64,000 nucleotides of DNA. Source: Azolla caroliniana. Lineage: Eukaryota > Plantae > Polypodiophyta. How positions within the stretch are numbered: the stretch's first letter is position 1; every line of letters starts with the position of its first letter. Position numbers and translations under genes: made by a program. The stretch spans positions 9,796,001 through 9,860,000 of the forward strand of contig JBHGNT010000011.1 in assembly GCA_043228905.1 (NCBI GenBank), read 5' to 3'. The notes under the pieces are model-generated. The model was not told the origin of the DNA, did no database searches, and was given only the letters and a program-made list of their open reading frames with translations. Positions 23,874-37,037 of the stretch are shown here, piece by piece.

Positions 23874-26800
23874 TCGTGATAACACATCTGCCTTCCCTTA
23901 CTGCTTCCCAGGACGATATGTAATTTTGAAGTCAAAACGAGTGAGGAATTGGGCCCACCGAGTTTGACGTAGATTTAATACACAAGCATTCTAGAAGTAG
24001 GCAAGATTTTTGTGATCACTGAATACAATGACTTGATGACAATATCCCTCTAAAAAATGCCTCCATTGTGTAAAAGAGTCCACTATTGCTAATAGCTCAT
24101 TGTCATGTATTTCATAGTTGATTTCGGCAGCGTCAAACTTGCGTGAGTGCAAAGCCACAAGATGTAGCTTTTCATCATCGCCTTGTTGTGACAGAATGCT
24201 ACACAAGGCGAAATCCAACGCGTCTGCCTCAATGATGATCGGTTTTTTTGGATCAACATAAGCTAGAATAAGAGCTTATGTAAATGCTTTCTTAAGAATC
24301 ACAAAGGCCGTGTCTGCTTCTTTAGACTAAACAAATGACTGCCCCTTCTTGGTAAGTTGTGTGAGAGGCGGAATAAGCTTTGAGTATTCCTGTATAAACT
24401 TGCAGTAGAAATTATCGAACCCTAAAAAGCATTGCACATCTCGCAACGAACGTGGAGTCTACCACTCTACCACAGTTTTGACCTTAGCTGGATCCATAGA
24501 GATGACTTTCGAAGAGATGACATAGCCTAGAAATTCCACCTAGTTGCACTCGAAACTACATTTTTCTAGTTTTGCATAAAGTCCATGTTCTCGAAATCGT
24601 TTTAGTACTAATAGTACATGAAATTCATGTTCTTCTTGAGTCTTCGAATAAACCAGTAGATCATCCAAATATCCAAGAGATCTCGGAATATATCATTTGC
24701 CATGTGTTAGAAGGCTGTTGGGCCATTAGTGAGACCGAATGGCATAACCGTATACTCGAAGTGCCCATATGTGGTGCGAAACGTGGTCTTCCATTCATCT
24801 CCTGGTCGGATCCGTACGAGGTTATATGCTCCTCGTAAGTCGATCTTTGTGAAGAACTTTGCACCATTGATCTGTTCTAAAAGACTCGAGATAAGGGGAA
24901 GTGCATACCTATTCCTAATGGTGACCTTATTCAAGCCACGATAATCTACGACGAGACGAAGTGATCCATCCTTTTTCTTGACAAAGAAAATGGGTGCGCC
25001 GGATGAAGATTTCGAATGTCAAATGAAACCGTTTACCAAATTCTCCTCTATGTAGGCTCGAAGGACTTCTAGCTCAGTTGGTGACAAGTTGTAGATCGGT
25101 CCCCATGGTGGCTCTTTTCCCGGTTGTACATCAATGGGACAATCATACGGTCGGTGGTGAGGAATCATATTGGCTTGTACCTTATCAAACACGTCGGCAT
25201 AATGACGATACTTCTATGGAAGTTGAACTGTGGATTCCTCTTTAGTGGTGCTGGGAGGTTTTGTTGATACTGTGAAGACAAAAATTGTTTCCTTGCGTCC
25301 TTCCTCACGCAATTGATGTAGCGAACTGGTTGCAATCCTATGAGTAGGTTCTTGGGTTTGTCGATACCGGATTTCTCTTGTTCTCCAATCTATGTCTGGG
25401 TTATGTAATTCGAACCATGGTAACCCCAAGACAATTGGATGAGCTAGACTACTAATTATATTAAATGATACTACACACACCAACTTATCTAGGACAACCT
25501 AAATCGGCTCTGACTCTTCTGCGATATTTCCGGAAGCAATGGGATGACCATCAATAACTACTATAGATGTTGGGCAAGAAAGTTTTCTTAGGGATATTTG
25601 ATGAGCTTGGGAAAATTTCCTATCCATGAAGCAAGAGTTGGCTCCAGAATCTAAGAGTGCTAAGACATGTATTGGAGGAGTACTTTTAGTACTAACCATT
25701 ACTTGAGCTAAGAACACATTGCTAACTTGCTTAGAGGGAATGGAACCACTAATGGGCTGCACAAATCTAGGGTTGTCCAACCAAACAGCTCCTATTTTGG
25801 CTGGACTTAGTCGTTTAACTCTTCTTCCAATTTACCAAGTACTTCAAATTTGTTCGATAGACTTGGGCTATTAGTACTATTAGAACTATCAGAAATTTCT
25901 AACGAAATAGACTTGGGTTTAGTACAACCTACTACTTGATTTACTGCGATATGTGGACAGTTTATTGCGATATGCCATGACCCTCCTCCGCAATAGAGAC
26001 ATAATCGATTTGCTCAGCGTCGTTGCTTTTCTTCTTCCAACAATGGACCACGACGACGTGTGGTGTCGATTTCCATCGGTGTTGGAGTATTTGCCAGAGA
26101 TGGATTGTATGACTCCCTTGCAAATGTTTTTGCTACAACCAAGGCGTATGTGGGCTCCGACCTGGTCCTTGGCATTTGTAATTGGCGTTCCGAACGTCGC
26201 TCGAAAAGCCGGTTATCGCATCTTACCGCTCGACTGATTGCCTCTATGAGCGATTTTGGTTCATCAAGGAAAGTCAGGAGTAAGCCTTCGACATCATTTC
26301 GTATGTTGTATCGAAATTGTTCCATTAATGCTTGATCATCCGAGGAGATATCGGAGGCGAGTAGACGGAAATCTGCAGCGTATGCGGAGGCTGGACGATC
26401 ACCTTGACGTAATCGTTGAATTTTGTTGATTGTCTTCCTTATGGTATCAGTATCTCCAAAACAACCTTTAAACTTGCTTACAAACTCCTCAAAATTATTT
26501 AGTAATGGAGATTCATTTTGTAACAACGGAGCGAACCATGCCAAAGCTGAGCCACTTAGCAATGTGCCTACTAGACCCACTCGTGATGCATCGGTCAGAT
26601 ATCGGGAAGGGTGCATTTGAATGACTAATCGTACCTAATTAAGGAATCCTCTGAACTGTGATCGCGTTCCATCGAATTTCATAGAAAGGCCAATCTTGGG
26701 TTCTTTATGAATCCCTTGCGTACGTGTTCCTTGTTGGTGCAACGCTAAAATGGTTGCTTCAAGTTGTTGCATGCGTAACACTAGTTCCCCATTGTTGTTG

Positions 26801-27029
26801 CGTTTGCTGCTTTTCTAAGAAGATTTTTTGAAGATCCCCCAACAACCGTTGATTTTCATGTTCCAATGCTAGAAACTTCTCTTTCAAGCATTGCAGCTTT
26901 GAGAAAACGAATTGATATTCTTGAGCGCTAACAATTGCCATAGTATTAGAGAAAGGAGGGATAAGTAAGAAGATAGAAGAAAGGGCCAAAATCGGTTCAA
27001 ACTATTAGGAATAATACTAAGGAAGGCGT

Positions 27030-30000
27030 GTTTGATTAAGAAGGAAATAGAGAAATATATCAATCATAAAAAATGATGAACATAAATGCTACATATGGCT
27101 CAAAATAGTAAGTTGAAACACCTAATGATTTGCCCACTTTTGTAGTTGGATGTTACATTCCTCATCAAGATTCTTGTTTGGATAAAGATCAACCTTTTAC
27201 GAATCTAGAAGATGATATTGCTTATTTCAAATCCAAAGGGGAAGTTATTTTCTTTGGTGACATGAATGCTCGTACAAGACGTTTCCAACTTGACGCACGA
27301 CAATCTTTCATGCCACATATATCAAGGATGCAAGAGAATATACAAATGTATCTCCGCTCTTATAGCGATGAAAAAGATCTAGACCAATTTGGGAAGTTAC
27401 TCCTACAAATGTGCAATAGTATTGGATTGTATATTGCAAATGGTGTATCCTTATGGCCCATTACTAATGGTTTTACATGTAGAAAACACAATGGAAATAG
27501 TGAGATTGACTATGTGCTACTTTTCGAAGGTATTTTGGATCGTATAAATAAATTCTCACTTGGTGAATGGACACTAGAATCCGATCATAGGACTTTATGT
27601 ATTGACCTCAAATGTATGCATAGGTTTGATTATGAGAAGGCCATAGAAGATAATAAGCAATCGCACTTGAGCATAAACCTTAAGCGTGTGTCCATGTATT
27701 CCTAGATGGTTGAGGATATGTTACAAATGACAAATATACAACACGGTGCCACACTAGAATGCAAATGGGAAGCTTTTAAGAAAGTCATTCTCTCATGCAC
27801 AAACAAATGTTTTTCGACCAAGCACACATCTTGGAAATGTACCAAGAAGTGTGGTTCAAGGAAACAATTGTTTGATAAAGAATGTCATGAAGCTTGGAAG
27901 CGCCTTATGATTTTGGACTTAGTTAAGGATAAAGAAAGTTATCAAAAGCATTTGCATGAATACAAAAGGCTTATCCAAAGAAAGAGAAGAAAATGGGAAG
28001 TTACTCAACAATTACTCCAAATGCAAGTGAAAGCTTATGCACATGACAAATTTTGGTTGAGCCAAGAGTCGACAGTCAAAGACAGGGGGGAGTCGACAGT
28101 ATACAAAGTGATCCAAATCGAAGATGACCTACTAGCCAGGCTGACTGGACATTCGACACAGGAGTCGACTGATTAACTATTATTGTTATAATAGTAATGA
28201 CAGTAGTAGTGGCTACATTTGTAAATAACCCATACAATGTATAAGTATAAATAAACTTAGGGCAAACATTGAGGTAAGGGAGTAGAATAGAATAGACGTG
28301 AACTTTGTCATATTGCGAGATAGAGAAGAGGGAGGCGTGAGCGAGAGAGAGCGGCAACAAAGTTCAACGAACTTGCTAAGAACCCTAAGCGGGTTATCCT
28401 TTGTGCGCATTAGAGAAGTTTGTAACCGTTTTCTGTATTCTCTTGTATAGTGGACTCTGTTTCTCCCGTGGTTTTCCTCGTTTAGGGTTTCCACGTTAAA
28501 CATTGTGTATTGTGTATTTGCTATGTTTCTGTCTTTCAACGATATTGTCTATTCCATAGTAGATCTTTCTCACGACACAAGGGAGTGAATCCCGACACTT
28601 CATAGACTTCAAGAAAGCTTTTGATATGATACCTCGTGAGCATATTTGGAGGCAAATGGAAGAACTTGAGGTGCCAAGTGAATATATGCTTGTAATTTCC
28701 TGAATCTATGACAAGGTTATATATTGTGTGCGCATGAGCGATAGAATTTCAGATTTTTTCAGTAGCATTATTGGTATTAAGCAAGGATGCCCACTCTCAC
28801 CAACTCTATTTGGTCTATGCATTGATGAATTGGAAGAAATTGTTGCCAAGTTTGTAAAAGGAAGTTTTTGAAGAAGTTGTCATTGGGAATGTAGTCATTA
28901 GGCTTTTGTTATATGTATGTATATGATATAGTGCTTTTTGCTAATATTTTAGGATATGCACAAAAGTTTATAAAAGCATTGGAAATCATTTGCATGCATA
29001 CTAAATTAAGTGTCAACAGCTCTAAAACAAGGATTATGCTTGTGAAGAGCCCCAAAAAAGATCAATCGTGCATTATGTACAATAATGAGCCACTTAAATG
29101 TGTGGAAAGCTTCAAATATCTTGGCCTTGAAGTTCCTTTAAATAATAGATGGATTGAATGTGCAACGCACCGCTTAGAGGCGGGAAAGAGAGTATATTAA
29201 ATGCATTTAAGATCACATGTAATCATGAACATACTAAGTATTGGGTCCTTAAGAAATACCTTTTCAACACTTTTGTGACATTGGTTCTTCTATATGGGGT
29301 GGCAACATCCCTCAATCTACTTGGAAAGAGTTTAAAAATGTCCAAAACATTTTCTTACAAAGTTTCTACAAGTTACGAAACAAACGCCATACACCCTCGT
29401 TCTCTTTGAGATGGGATCACTTCCCATTGAGATCATGGCCATAGAAAGGGTCGTTGATTACATGCTTAAGGATCAAGAAAGTCTCTCACTTCGACTTCCT
29501 AGAATTGCATGGGATGCAAGCAAAAAGATCCAAAAGACGTATAAAAGTAAAATTTTGTGTTTCGGTTGGATGCAAGATATGGAAAGATGGTTTGGTAGAT
29601 GGGATGCAACACAATTGCTTCAAGGTGCACCACTAGATTCCTCTGTAAATGAGGCCTCTTTGCAATGCCAATGTATCATGACATGGGACAAATTTGGAGG
29701 CTCACACTTCACACATTATACTCCACATGTTGCACCTAACTACAAAACCATATTCTTTGCGGAACGGGGAAACCATACACATCGATACATGTTAGAGCCC
29801 ATTCAGTTGTCTACCATTCAAACCATTGCTTCCATGCGACTTAGCTCACATGCATTGCAATGTGAGACGGGGCGTTGGGGCACAAGTGAGGAGAGTGGTT
29901 GACCATGCACACTTTGACCTAAACAAGTTCAAGAGTATGAGTATCACACTTTGATACAATGCTCCGTCTTTGATCATATTTGACCATGCTTTCCACATAT

Positions 30001-30130
30001 CATGGACCAAGCCCAATCCTTGCATGAATATCTCTCACAACCACAATGTGCACTCTCGATTGCAATATTCACTAGTAAAGTTCTTGAACATCGAGAGTCG
30101 CAACTCACTTCCACATGTATGACATGAAAT
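27030..30130 (+). mobile_element. Decayed non-LTR retrotransposon (APE-RT, RTEX/L2/CR1-like C-terminus); ends approximate
   Basis: EN motifs GCYIP, GDMNAR, IDYVL, SDHR; RT motifs FIDFKKAFD, KQGCPLSPTLF, FKYLG; C-terminal RLSSHALQCETGRW. Confidence 0.85.
28060..28597 (+). repeat. Truncated LTR fragment inside the LINE, probably copia type; left end approximate
   Basis: Ends ...CCCGACA directly before LINE FIDFKKAFD; contains CTCCCGTGGTTTTCC..AGGGTTTCCACG, also present in the 16888/21640 copia LTRs; no TSD visible. Confidence 0.6.
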
Positions 30131-31019
30131 ATAATATTTGACCTCCAAAGAGGATAATAGAACCCCCCCCCCCCTTTCTCTCCTCGTAAGATGGGACGTG
30201 GAACATCTCCTAGAGCTTTTAAGTGATGCTATGAATATGTAGTTAATGAGGAAAGATTAATGGATCCACTAAGGAAGAAGCGGAAAGATGCTAAAAGTAC
30301 AAAATTAAAATATTACATTGCAAACATCAATCCTGAATGTTGGGTTTTATATAAGGCAAAAAGGCTTATTGATTGTATTCAATTATTAAAGTTGCATTAT
30401 GGAATCACAGTCAACCAAATATAAAGACATGTAAGGTATGCAAGGAAGGGCTAGTAGAGGATGAATATCACTTGCTTTTTATATGCTCCACATATAGTGC
30501 AATTCGTGAAAGCTATATTAAGAGCGGGTGATGACTTCAGTATCATACTAAAGAGATCACCTAGAAGGATGAGCCTCTCTCATCTCTCTATTAGACTATT
30601 ACTCTATACATATTCTCTTAATTTACTAGATGCCAATACAAAATGTCGGGGTTGAACAAATGACCTTCTAGTCTCCATTGACAATTACCTTACTAATTGA
30701 GCTAATTCATTTGGGGACAAACAAATATCCCAACATTTTTCCAATTTCTCTCCTTATTTTAACAAATGCCCCAACTATATATACGAATACGCACATTAAG
30801 TTAGACACTAAAAAAGAAAAATGTAATATTTAGACCACATATAGACATATTAATGTACAACACTATCCAAGTATACGCACATAATATACAGAAACTGCAA
30901 ATTATATATACCTACTCGTATAAATATTTACAAATACATTTTTACATGAATAATTACATATTTGAGCACATACACCCACAAGTACAATCATACACTCAAA
31001 TCCATCTTCTTACACATAT

Positions 31020-34000
31020 TGTGGTGTCCCTTTCATGCGAGTGCATGCCTTTTAACACACCACCCTTTTAGCACACCCTTTTGGGACACATGTAGCTAGG
31101 CCGGCCCAAAATGGGTACCTTTGTATCTTCTATAAATTGAACGATAAGTAAGAAGCTAGGCAAGCTGGTTTGGTTTCCTTTTATGTGCATTTCACATCAT
31201 TGGTGGAGAAGTGGGGTAAAATTTTAGTCATTACCACCTCGTTCATGGCATCCCAATTCCCTCTCATCGCCTCAAATGTTGATACCCCGATGGATCCTGA
31301 GTTCTCGCAACCTCACGAACGACCACCCCCTTTCCAAATGGAGCAGCTCCTCCAACTCCTCTCCAACACCATGCTTCAAATCAACCACACAAATCAAGCT
31401 ATGCTCTCCTTCCTCTTCGCTAACAATGACTCAAGATCGGCCAGATTCCAAGGTCCGCCCGAAGTCCTTCTCTGGCTTGCCTTCCGAGGATGTCTTAGCC
31501 TGGTTGGACCACTTTGAGATTATCTCTAGTTACCATCGATGGTCTGACGAGCACAAAGCTTTGGAAGTTCGTAACCTACTCGAAAATGTCTCCGCCAACT
31601 AGTACGTCCAACAATCAAGCGACGTGATAGAGAACTAGGTGATCGTCCGGGATCTCCTCGTGCAAAACTTCGCCCATCAAAATTCGGCCCAAACGGCATT
31701 ACAACAACTTGAAACGTTGTAGTAGTAAGCACACGAACCTGTGGGACAATTTGGTGTTCGCCTCAATCAATTCCTCATTTGTGCCGACCCTACCATGCTC
31801 GAGCATGTGAAGCTTTTCTTCTTATGGCCTTGTTTGCGCCATGACATCACTCACCGCGCTCGGGACCACGGTCCCAAGACATTCAACGATCCTCATTGCC
31901 CAACGCATCAAAGCTTGTATGTTATCTGACTCCCAACCACGTTGGCCCCATCCATCATCGACCAAGTTGCGCACCCAATACCAAGGCGTGGCCCCCATGG
32001 ACATTGATGTCCAAAACATGCAACTGCATGCTTGTCGCAACCTTCCCAATCGCGATGGCCAAGGGTGCCCGAAGTGTTTCTACTGCCACAATTATGGACA
32101 CGTCCAACATCACTGCCAGAAATTGTAACAACAGTCTCACAAGCAACAAGTCCAAATAACTATGGCTGATGTGACATCGTTGGATGAGCTTCCAGGAAAC
32201 TGACTTCCGGGGTGTTGATGGAAGAGCCAGTCCTCCACATCCAAGCGTCCGCCTCTTCTAGTTCGCATGTATGCACCGCTCTCACCACCATTAATCAGTG
32301 CACCCAAACCATCTTGTTAGACTCTGGTAGTAGTATCTCTTCCATTAGCACCGCCTTAGTTCACCAGTTAGGTCTCCCCACATCCACCGCTCCTTCCATC
32401 CAAGTCCTTTTTGGCGATGACAAACATCTTTACCACCCTCGCATGCAAGCCCACTGCACCTTCACCTTAGGCACTCTCACCTTCTCACATCACTTTTATG
32501 TCTTGCCCCACCAACTCATCCCCCTCACTATGGGTTGTGATTGGTTCCTCAAGCGTCGCGTTGTGATTGATTTCGATGCCCATAAAATGCTTGTCCCACA
32601 TGCTCCCCCTTCTACACGATAGCTCCCAAGTCCCCCACCTTAGCCAAGTCTAGGTGGACCTTAGTCCACAGGAGCGATTGGTCTCCATCCACCAATTATT
32701 AGCTCATTTTCCATCACTGACCCTCCAACCCACGCATGCTCCTACTGTCTCTTTCCCAGTACAACATACTATTTGTACCGGGGAAGCCACTCTAATCCGC
32801 ATGGCTACCCATTGATGTTCCCCCCTCAACCACGATCGCATCGATGCTGCCATTACCGACATGCTCACAAAAGGTATTATCATTCCTTCCACCAGCGATT
32901 GGGTTTCGGAACCCCACCTCGTCAAGAAGGATGATGGCACCTTCCGCTTTTGCATCGACTTCAGGCCTCTCAACAAAGTGACTATCCATGACCTCTACCC
33001 GCTCCCTCGTGTGGACGACCTCTTGAATCAAATCGGTGGCTCCCGTTATTTCACCTCCCTGGACTTAGCCTCGGGATATTGGCAGATCCCCCTAAAGCCT
33101 TCTGACTCCCACAAGACCGCATTCCGGACATGCCACGGGCTATTCCAATTCACCTGCATGTCGTTCAGCCTGTCAAATGTTGGCAACACATTCTAACGCA
33201 TGGGAAACTCCATCTTTGCCGCCCTTATCAGCAAAGGTGTCCTCGTTTATCTCGATGACATCCTTATCCGCACGGCCACTTGGGAGGACCATCTACAAAC
33301 TCTCGCCAAAGTCCTCGCTTGCATTACTAAGCATAAGTTACAACTCCAATGGAAGAAGTGTTGATGGGGAAGCATTAGCCTCCGTTTTGTCAGCTTCATC
33401 ATCCCTGGCGACGGAATCTATATGGATCCTGCAAAGGTGGCAGCCATCACCGACTACCGTCGCCCCACCTCAATAAAATCATTGCAACGTTTTTTGGGCA
33501 TGATCACCTTTTCCCTTCGCTTCATCCCGAACCTCGCCTTGGTCACTTTTCGCCTTCGCCAACTCTTGAAGAAAGGTGTGTCATTCATTTGGGATCCTGC
33601 TTGCGAAGATAGCTTTCGTCGCCTCAAAACCATGGTCCAAGAATCGAGGTTGCTTGCCCACCCTAATTTTGACCAACCATTCATGTTGTAGACAGACGCA
33701 TCAAACCATGGGTTAGGAGCCGTCCTCTTGTAAGCTGATTGCCACGGGCAAGAAAAGGCGGTCGCCTTCATTAGCCGCACTCTCACGCCAGCTGAACACA
33801 ACTACTCAACCACTGAGAAGGAGCTACTTGCGATCGTCTGGTCTTTCCAGCATCTTCACCCATACCTTCATGGTGGACAGGTGACGGTTGAGACTAACCA
33901 CCAGCCCTTGCTTTCTCTTATCCATCGACCTCACCCGTCGGGCTGCTTGTGGTGATGGACGTTGGCACTCCAAGATTATCAGTTTACCCTTTCCTATCGA

Positions 34001-35558
34001 AAAGGGGCAACCAATTTGGTCGCTCATAGTCTCTCTTGCGCTGACTTCCAGGCTGTCAAATTTCTCCCTAAGACATCTGATCTTCCGCTACCATTGCCAC
34101 AACTCGCTACACTTCAGCAACACGACCCCGCCATCCAAGAGATAACCCATCAATTGCGCTCCCTCCAACCGTTTCCCTCACAACGGTGGTTCACACTCCG
34201 TGATAACTTGGTGTTCTTAATTCAAGCGCACCACGAGCCTCATCTCTACATCCCTCATGCCCTACAACAAACATGTCTCCAAGTTTATCACGACCACCCA
34301 TTGTCGGGCCATTTGGGTTTCCATAAGGTTCTCGAAAAATTACGCCTCAAGTATTATTGGCCCTGCATGTGACACTCTATCTCTACCTACATCAAACAAT
34401 GTGCTTTGTGTCAACACATCAAACCTGCAGTAAGCCAGCTGAAACGCTCCAACCCATCACCATCACGTCACCTTTCGAGCTGGTCGGATGGGATTTCATG
34501 GGACCTTTTCCCAAAACCTTGAGGGGCAGCAGGTATATCCTGGTCATAACAGAATACCTACCCATGTGGGTTGAAACTGTTGTCATCCCCGACGTCACTA
34601 TGCCAACAATTGCCTCCCAACTCTTGCAAAAGGTAATTTTTTCAACATGGTTGCCCTGTCCAAGTCTTATCTAATCAAGGCCGCTAGTTCCATGGGGATG
34701 TCCTCAATGTTGTCGCAACTCAATTAGGTGCCCAACAAGTGTTTACGTCCCCTTACCATCTGCAAACAAATGTCCTCACCGAACGCCTCAACAAGACCCT
34801 CAAGCAGGAGATTGCCGCTTACATCGATCCATGCCACAAAACCTGGGATCAAATCTTGCCTTTTGTCACCCATACCTACAATACATCCGTACATGCGTCA
34901 ACACGAATGAGCCCTTTTTGAGCACTCTATGGGCGCGACCCTCGGCTCCCACCAGAATCGTCCATTGACATCCGTTCCAAACCTGCCAACATGGATAATG
35001 CCTTGGGGGCTCTATCTCCAACAAATACTCCCCCTCCTTCGACAAGCTAGCTCCTGAAATCTACAAGTCTCACAACAACGTCAGAAGCGACACTACGACG
35101 TGGGTCGAATTACCCCAACTTATGCTGATGGAACCAAAATCCTTGTTTACTTCTCGGTCTGGCGGCGTGATCTCAGCAAATCCCTAATGCACCGATGGAT
35201 CAGCCCGTTCACCGTAGTTCGCACCATCAAATCCACTACTTACTTGCTCCGACGTGATTCCAACGGCCAATTCACCTCCGCCCATGTTGCCCATATCAAG
35301 CCCTATACTACCCCAAGCCTATCTTCTAGCACCCCTCCTTTTTCCATGTCATAAAACTCCTTGTTTTTCTCAGGGGGGAAATGTGGTGTCCCTTTCATGC
35401 GAGTGCATGCCTTTTAACACACCACCCTTTTAGCACACCCTTTTGGGACACATGTAGCTAGGCCGGCCCAAAATGGGTACCTTTGTATCTTCTATAAATT
35501 GAACGATAAGTAAGAAGCTAGGCAAGCTGGTTTGGTTTCCTTTTATGTGCATTTCATA
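31020..35558 (+). mobile_element. Ty3/gypsy element with 177-bp LTRs and a tRNA-Ala-type PBS; coding region heavily decayed
   Basis: LTRs 31020-31196 and 35382-35558 (1 difference), TSD ATAT, PBS TGGTGGAGAA at 31201, PPT AGGGGGGAAA; CFYCHNYGHVQHHC, LLDSGS, YLDD-type RT, RH and IN fragments. Confidence 0.93.
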
Positions 35559-37037
35559 ATATGTACATCTGTAAATTCTTTCACGCCAATTCTTTCACCC
35601 ACACATACAATCAAACCACACACATTAACATAATCAAACACAAGCCAATGATAAACTTGGAAGGCCCCATTCACACTAAAGTACTTGTGGGAGAGTTGAT
35701 TTAACTCCTCAAAGGAGATCTTGTGCAACCTTTGACACCCCCAATCTCTCTATCCTTGAAGTCTCAACATTCACATCCTCTATAGTTCGTCCCTAGTGGT
35801 CCCACTCACATTTCACGAGCACACATGTATCTGCATGATAATGTGTGCTCCTACAAGCAAAACCCACCATAGCACATATTGGCGTTGTTGATAAAATATC
35901 AAACAAGTATGAATGCTCCATATTCATGTGCTACCAATCAATCAATGATTGATGAATATCAAATAAAGTATTCGATAAATGATTGGTTAATGAATGTTAA
36001 AACAATGGATTGATGAGCCTCAACAACATGTCAAGATGTCATAATAGAGTTGCTAGTTCCCTTTATATAACACAACTCTTTAGGCTCATAGACCATCACA
36101 TATTGTCACGTTTCATAAGTTCTTTTGGGTTTGTTCCAAGCTCGAAAATACTTAGTTTCACACTTATGTTGCCCAAGTTGTACTTACAACGACATCAACA
36201 AGGGGTTCAACAAAACCTACCCTACCCTATAACGCCTTGACCTATATGTTAGGCAAGCTTTGTGAGATGAGGTACAAGTAAGCCCACTAACAATTGGAGT
36301 TGCGGACTCGACCATATTTGGATATTCGATCCAAAAAATTAATATTACTCCCATGCTCACTTCATTCAAATATCTACGTAACTTCAAAAGGTGGACAATA
36401 TTTGAACATGCACTTCGTAGATGTGGACAAAGGTAGAAACTCTTGTCCATATGTTGCACATACCTAAAAAATAGAAAACTTGGCATGTGCACATTCTTGC
36501 AACATGGCTTGCACAACAAAAATATCTTTGTGGAAAAGGAAGACAATATTGGTGCAATAGTTGAAGACATAAAGCATAATGCTTTTTGGTGAGGAATAAG
36601 CCATTTGCCTGCCACAACGCATTATGGCTGATAAATTCTTGTGTATTATGAAGTTTTTTATTGAGATACAAAACCCACTTAGCTTTTGTTCTAAAAAAAT
36701 AAGGGGCCATGCATGGTCCTATCTATCTATCTATACATACATACAAAAAACATAGATACACCATTGTGACAAAAAGTAGAAACTGAAAACAAGGAGAGAC
36801 ATGTTGGCAAGTTATATTTATTATTACCACCCCTTGATTCCTTCATGATGACTATTTACATATGAATGAACCATTTTCAGTTAAGAGGCAGCCAATGTAA
36901 GTTAAGAAACCGTGAAAATAAATGGGCTGCTGCAGTGGTTATTCTTCAAACCAGCAGAGCTGCAAACAATGCACAAAGATGCATCGCAAAATGCTGTATT
37001 TACAAATACATCCTCCGATGCATGAGTATTGTTAAAG

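Larger units (their letters stand above)
9939..27020 (-). mobile_element. Decayed Tcn1-like chromovirus hosting three nested insertions; 5' LTR truncated
   Basis: 3' LTR 9939-10364 with PPT at 10365-10378; chromodomain, IN, RH, RT, PR and gag fragments collinear with the intact copy at 43450-49134; only ~18 bp of the 5' LTR remain (27003-27020). Confidence 0.9.

Noticed and set aside
31016-31019. TSD ATAT as a deaminated ACGT supporting CpG targeting
   Set aside because: It would need identical double mutations on both sides of a young insertion, and the family differs (Ala PBS, no U5 motif).
36200-36720. Possible SWIM-finger/MULE transposase remnant (CTC...CPH)
   Set aside because: The motif is split over frames and has no other transposase support; a profile HMM search would be needed.
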